A stretch of DNA of 64,000 nucleotides, taken from contig CAWHBU010000003.1 in NCBI GenBank assembly GCA_963827685.1, forward strand, positions 736,001 to 800,000. Reading direction: 5' to 3'. The notes beneath the pieces are model-generated. The model saw only the letters and a list, made by a program, of their open reading frames with translations. It made no database searches and had not been told where the DNA came from. This DNA comes from an uncultured delta proteobacterium (lineage in GTDB: Bacteria; Desulfobacterota; BSN033; UBA1163). Both the position numbers and the translations under genes were made by a program. Positions 59,416 to 64,000 of this stretch are shown here, piece after piece (position 1 is the stretch's first letter; each line of letters starts with the position of its first letter).

Positions 59416-61878
59416 ATGGAAATGGAAGAACAAAATCATACCCAAGAAAGAGGAAAAAAGGGATGGCCGTTCTATGTCGTCTACGCCTTTATCCTCTCTA
59501 CCCTTTTATTTCTCATTTCTGGAGCCTTGCTCTTTTACTATTACTCCCATCATCTCCCTGATTTCACAACGCTGAAAGGGCAAAATCTCAATGCTTACTC
59601 CGTTGTTTATTCCGAAGAAGATGAGGTGATCGGAAAATTTTTGATGGACAACCGAATCCCCATCCCTTATGAGCGGATTCCAAAACTATTGGTAAAGGCA
59701 TTCATCGCTGCGGAGGATGCGGAATTCTTCCAGCATAAAGGAGTGGATTACAAGGGGATACTCCGCGCAATGTTCAAGAACCTCATCGCTGTGAGGATCG
59801 TCCAGGGAGGAAGCACCATCACTCAGCAGATGACCAAGACTTTTTTTCTTACGCCAAAGAGAAGTTTGCTTCGAAAGCTAAAGGAGGTCGCCTACGCCTT
59901 CGGTCTGGAGCGGGATTTAAGCAAAGAAGAGATCCTCACCCTTTACCTCAATAATATTTATTTAGGAAATGGAGCCTATGGGGTGGAGGCCGCTTCCGAA
60001 AGTTACTTCAATAAACCGGTGGATCAACTCAATTTGGCAGAGATGGCCATGATGGCTGGCCTGGTAAAGGCCCCCAGCCGTTATTCGCCGATCAACAATT
60101 TAAGAAGGGCCAGAGATCGGCAGGCCTACGTTCTCACCCGCATGACCGAATTGGACTTCATTTCCCAAGAGCAGAAAGAAAAAGCCCTTCGGATTTCTCT
60201 TAAAATTCAAACGAGGGAAAGCGCTTATTTCAGCAAGGCACCCTACTTCACCGAGCTCATTCGGCATCAGGTAGAAAGAAAGTATGGGAAGGAGAAGCTA
60301 TACCAGGAAGGCCTGAGGATTTACACCACGCTCGATCTATCCCTTCAGAGAACGGCTCAAAAATCAGTGGACATGGGGTTAAGGGAACTGGATAAGAGGG
60401 AGGGATTCCGAGGCCCCCTCCACACTGTTTCTCCGAAGGAGGTGAAGGAACTTCTCAATAAAAAGAAAGGATCACTCACCTCCCTCTCCCAAAAAGAGAG
60501 TTTCGAAGGGGTGATCCTCTCTAAGGATGACTCGAAAAAATTCTACACCGTCTGGGTAGAAGATCGAAAAGGAATTCTCCCTTTCTCCGAAATGGCCTGG
60601 GCCCTCAACATCAAACCCACACCGAGCTACAAACCCCAAAAAGTGAAAACCCCTGGAGATCTTCTCAATCCAGGAGATGTGGTTTATATTCGCGTAAAAG
60701 AACCTTATAAAAAAGACCCCTCCCCGATACTCACCTTAGAACAAGAACCTCTCGTTCAGGGTGCTTTGCTCTGTCTTGATCCGAAAACCGGATATATCCG
60801 AGCCATGGTCGGAGGCCGTGATTTCAGTGAGAGCCAATTTAACCGGGCGATCTTTTCCCGCAGACAACCCGGTTCGGCCTTCAAACCTATTATCTATGCA
60901 GCAGCCTTGGAGAAGGGCTATACCCCCTCCACCATTGTCATGGATTCCCCGGTGGAGTATTCAGATCCCGATGGAGGAACTTATTGGGCGCCAAAGAATT
61001 ATGATCAAGATTTTATGGGGCCCATCACCTTCCGGAATGCCTTGGCTCATTCCAGAAATGTCGTCACCGTCAAAATCCTTGATGACATCGGGGTGGGTTA
61101 CGCCCTCAAATTCATCAAAAGGATGGGGATTGAATCTCCGATTAAAAGGGATCTCTCCATTGCGCTCGGTACCTCAGCAATCTCCATGCCGGAATTGACT
61201 TCCGCCTTTGCCGTCTTTGCCAACGGAGGGGAACGGGTCAAACCCATCTTCATCAAAAAGATCGTCACCATGAAAGGCGAAGTCCTTGAGGAAAACACGC
61301 CTTATATTGAAATGGAGGAAAAAGAGGAAGAAGATGAAACACCCGAAACCCCTTCTTCCGTGTTAAAGGAACAGGTGATCTCGCCGCAAAATGCTTTTAT
61401 CATGACTCATCTCCTCCAGGGAGTTGTCCAGCACGGGACAGGCCAGAGGGCAAAAGTTCTCGGAAGGCCGGTCGCTGGGAAAACCGGAACCTCCAGCGAC
61501 TATTCCGATGCATGGTTCATTGGATACGCTCCCTCTCTTCTTGCCGGGGTCTGGGTGGGCTTTGATGACAAGACGTCTCTAGGGAGAGGTGAGTCCGGGG
61601 CTCGGGCAGCCCTCCCCATCTGGATTTCTTTTATGGATCAGGCTTTGAAAAATACTCCTATCGAAACCCCTAAGCCTCCTAAAGGCATTGCACTCATCAA
61701 AGTGAACCTCGAAACAGGACTACCCAGCGATGGGGATTCCCCAGAAACGATCGTGGAGGCATTTATTGACAGCTCGATCCCCTGGAAGAAAGAGGGGCAC
61801 GAAGAGGAAAGTTCTCCTTCGGGGACTCCGGTCCCAAGAGGGTCTCCTGATGATCCTTCTCCCCCGTTATCCCATTAA
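59416..61878 (+). CDS. mrcA: Class A penicillin-binding protein 1A
   Basis: AAEDAEF, QGGSTITQQ, RKLKE, QPGSAFKP, SRN, KTG. Confidence 0.93.
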   Translation: MEMEEQNHTQERGKKGWPFYVVYAFILSTLLFLISGALLFYYYSHHLPDFTTLKGQNLNAYSVVYSEEDEVIGKFLMDNRIPIPYERIPKLLVKAFIAAEDAEFFQHKGVDYKGILRAMFKNLIAVRIVQGGSTITQQMTKTFFLTPKRSLLRKLKEVAYAFGLERDLSKEEILTLYLNNIYLGNGAYGVEAASESYFNKPVDQLNLAEMAMMAGLVKAPSRYSPINNLRRARDRQAYVLTRMTELDFISQEQKEKALRISLKIQTRESAYFSKAPYFTELIRHQVERKYGKEKLYQEGLRIYTTLDLSLQRTAQKSVDMGLRELDKREGFRGPLHTVSPKEVKELLNKKKGSLTSLSQKESFEGVILSKDDSKKFYTVWVEDRKGILPFSEMAWALNIKPTPSYKPQKVKTPGDLLNPGDVVYIRVKEPYKKDPSPILTLEQEPLVQGALLCLDPKTGYIRAMVGGRDFSESQFNRAIFSRRQPGSAFKPIIYAAALEKGYTPSTIVMDSPVEYSDPDGGTYWAPKNYDQDFMGPITFRNALAHSRNVVTVKILDDIGVGYALKFIKRMGIESPIKRDLSIALGTSAISMPELTSAFAVFANGGERVKPIFIKKIVTMKGEVLEENTPYIEMEEKEEEDETPETPSSVLKEQVISPQNAFIMTHLLQGVVQHGTGQRAKVLGRPVAGKTGTSSDYSDAWFIGYAPSLLAGVWVGFDDKTSLGRGESGARAALPIWISFMDQALKNTPIETPKPPKGIALIKVNLETGLPSDGDSPETIVEAFIDSSIPWKKEGHEEESSPSGTPVPRGSPDDPSPPLSH

Positions 61879-61899
61879 ACGCCATGCGCATAGCGGTTG

Positions 61900-61927
61900 C
61901 CTGCCCTGTACCATGCTAGGTTCAGGG
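61900..61927. mobile_element. 28-nt CCTG-hairpin micro-element (family II)
   Basis: cctg-ccctg...caggg within a degenerate heptamer run. Confidence 0.5.
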
Positions 61928-62045
61928 CCTGCCAGCAGGCCGGCTAAGCGCTTAGCGTTTTTATCCGTTAACAATCGGAGGCAACATGAAAGACGAGGAA
62001 ATAAAGGATACATTGTGACCTTCCCCTGAAAAAGTGGACATATAG

Positions 62046-62903
62046 TTAAGTTTCATTAAGGAGCTTTTCATACTGCTCTGGGCTCCTGTACCCTAATGCC
62101 GAATGACTCCTCTGACGATTATAAAACACTTCCACGTACTCAAAAATACTAAGCCTCGCCTCCAGCCTTGAACGGTACCGCTCACCATGGACCAACTCCG
62201 TCTTGAGCGTGCCAAAGAAAGACTCCACATAGGCATTATCATAACAATTGCCACTTCTGCTCATACTAGGAGTCATGCCGTATTCTCTTAAAAGCTCCTG
62301 ATAGGCATAGCTTGCATACTGCCTGCCTCGATCAGAATGGTGGATCAACCCTTCAGAGGGGCTTTGCCTGCCCACCGCGTCCCTGAGCGCAGCAGAAGCT
62401 AGCTCCTGAGAGAGCTTATCGCTCATGGACAGCCCAATGATCTTTCTGCTTTTCACATTCATCACTGCTGCCACATAGAGCCATCCCTCAGAAGTGGGCA
62501 CAAACGTAATATCAGATGCCCATACCCCCTCTGTCTGCCTCTGGTCAATCAGTAAGTTTGCAGCCAAGGCATAATGATGCCGTGAATCGGTAGTCCGCCT
62601 GAATCTCTTTTTCTTCACTTCTGCCCATATGGAGTGCTCTTTCATGATCCTGGCTACCCGGTTCTTCCCACATCTAAGACCCTGCTTATTGAGCTCCGCT
62701 GCGATCCGCGGACTCCCATAGAGCCTTCTGCTTTGAGTGTGGATCTCCCGTATGTGCCCCAGCAACTCCTCATCGTCTTTCTGACGTGTGCTCGGTTGAC
62801 GCGTCTTCCACGCATAATAACCACTTCTGGATACCTTCAACACTTCACTCATACTCCTTATCTTGTAGGTCTCTCTGTGCTCTTCTATCAACCGATACTT
62901 CAT
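62046..62903 (-). CDS. IS3 OrfB (DDE integrase core)
   Basis: WASDITF, HSDRGRQY, DNAYVESFF. Confidence 0.93.
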   Translation of the reverse strand: MKYRLIEEHRETYKIRSMSEVLKVSRSGYYAWKTRQPSTRQKDDEELLGHIREIHTQSRRLYGSPRIAAELNKQGLRCGKNRVARIMKEHSIWAEVKKKRFRRTTDSRHHYALAANLLIDQRQTEGVWASDITFVPTSEGWLYVAAVMNVKSRKIIGLSMSDKLSQELASAALRDAVGRQSPSEGLIHHSDRGRQYASYAYQELLREYGMTPSMSRSGNCYDNAYVESFFGTLKTELVHGERYRSRLEARLSIFEYVEVFYNRQRSHSALGYRSPEQYEKLLNET

Positions 62904-63196
62904 CTGTTTCGTTTGGAGAATACGGCCAAGGCTTTTTTTAAAATGTCCCTCTCTTCCTTCACCTTTTCTAATTCCTTCCGGAGCCCCTTTATTTCCGCTT
63001 CCTCTGGCGTTACACGGCCCTTCCCTACGAAGGCTTTATCCCCTTTAGCTAAGAACCTCCTCCTCCATAGATGAAGAAGATTGGGATGGATATCAAGCTC
63101 TCGGGCCACCTTGCCTACCGGCATCCCTTTCTCTGTGACCAACTGCACTGCATCTCGTTTGAACTCACGGCTGAAATGACGATTCTTTTCCCCCAT
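62900..63196 (-). CDS. IS3 OrfA (HTH), with A7G -1 frameshift motif at 62932-62939
   Basis: FSREFKRDAV...ERDILKKA. Confidence 0.9.
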   Translation of the reverse strand: MGEKNRHFSREFKRDAVQLVTEKGMPVGKVARELDIHPNLLHLWRRRFLAKGDKAFVGKGRVTPEEAEIKGLRKELEKVKEERDILKKALAVFSKRNR

Positions 63197-63636
63197 ACGC
63201 ACCTCCTGTCCAATGATACAAATTCTCAGGTGTGTCCATCAACTCGGGGGAAGGTCATTGCGTAACTTTAAGACAGTCGCTGTGGTAGGAATTTCTCCAA
63301 AAGAGGATCGTCCCAGCTATATCGTGGCATCCTATCTTAAATCGAAGGGATATCGGATCATCCCGGTTCGCCCTAACGGGGATGAGATTCTGGGGGAAAA
63401 GGTATACCACAGCCTTTCAGAAATTCCCAAAGAGATCAGAGTGGATGTCGTTGATATTTTCCGAAGATCGGAAGATGTACCACCCGTTGTGGAAGAGGCG
63501 ATCCAGCAAGGAGCCAAAGTGGTCTGGATGCAGGAAGGCGTGATTCACAAAGAGGCGGGGGAAAAAGCAGAGAAGGCTGGGTTAAAGGTGGTCATGGATC
63601 GCTGCATGAAGAAAGAGCACCAGCGCCTCCTTTAAT

Positions 63637-63763
63637 TGAAGCTCCCCGCCCACAGGGCGGGGCTTCCCGGAAAGGAAATTTCATTCTGATTGTGCCCCTT
63701 GACCCCGCCTACCTGCCTACCGCAGGCAGGCAAGGCGGGGCTTGCAGGGCACTTGCCGGTCAA
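63637..63763. mobile_element. Family B MITE with a 19-nt family II insert (63712-63730)
   Basis: Removing cctgcctaccgcaggcagg restores the hairpin ccccgcctacaaggcgggg. Confidence 0.78.
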
Positions 63764-63778
63764 TGAACGGGACGTGAA

Positions 63779-64000
63779 ATGTTTCCAGTTTATACCCATG
63801 AGTTCATTGTTTCAGAAGGGACCCTCGATGAGAATGGTCATGCCAACAACGTGGCCTACGTCCAGTGGATGCAAGATATTGCCGTTCTTCATTCAAGTGA
63901 TGCGGGATGTACGCGAGCGACACAGGCAGCCGGGGCCACATGGGTCGTCCGCTCTCATCAGATTGAATACTTTCATCCGGCGTTTCTTGGAGATACTCTT
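63779..64000 (+). CDS. Acyl-CoA thioesterase (4HBT/YbgC-like), runs off the window
   Basis: MFPVYTHEF...LDENGHANNVAYVQWMQD. Confidence 0.8.
   Translation, partial: MFPVYTHEFIVSEGTLDENGHANNVAYVQWMQDIAVLHSSDAGCTRATQAAGATWVVRSHQIEYFHPAFLGDTL

Larger units (their letters stand above)
62016..63257 (-). mobile_element. IS3-family insertion sequence, 1242 bp
   Basis: TG...CA ends, TIR TGACCTTCCCC-n-TGGACA, 3-bp TSD TTG. Confidence 0.95.
61986..63635 (+). pseudogene. CoA-binding protein (YccU-like) interrupted by IS3 after codon 10
   Basis: MKDEEIKDTL | RNFKTVAVVGIS...VVDIFR...VWMQEG...MDRC rejoins in frame when the IS and one TTG are removed. Confidence 0.9.

Overview
Bacterial chromosomal window, most consistent with an anaerobic Deltaproteobacteria/Desulfobacterota-like organism (inferred from gene style and context only). 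Core content: a two-component signalling locus (1-4.7 kb), HtrA, transporters, a 5'-nucleotidase, a receiver-LpxC fusion, ALDH, two radical SAM enzymes, a sirtuin, the complete dcw cluster mraZ-rsmH-ftsL-ftsI-murEF-mraY-murD-ftsW-murG-murC-murB-ddl-ftsQAZ (25-43.5 kb, minus strand), ligA, rarA, suhB, ECF transporter parts, an ECF sigma/anti-sigma pair and PBP1A. Mobile DNA: an IS1182 copy with a nonsense codon, an intact IS3 that splits a CoA-binding gene, an integron-integrase remnant and a TA pair. The most unusual signal is intergenic. (1) Inverted arrays of 7-, 8- or 9-nt tandem repeats fill many gene gaps, and one pair brackets a four-helix-bundle gene. (2) Palindromic micro-elements of 19-44 nt starting CCTG are inserted without target duplication and nest up to three deep. 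(3) A second micro-element family is flanked by GT/AC duplications. (4) There are REP-like doublets wrapped in terminal inverted repeats, and IS200/IS605-like hairpin MITEs. A self-contained small transcription unit at 11.26-11.48 kb, missed by the ORF track, encodes a CxxC peptide with an in-frame UGA and is a candidate tiny selenoprotein. All calls come from reading the sequence; no searches were run.
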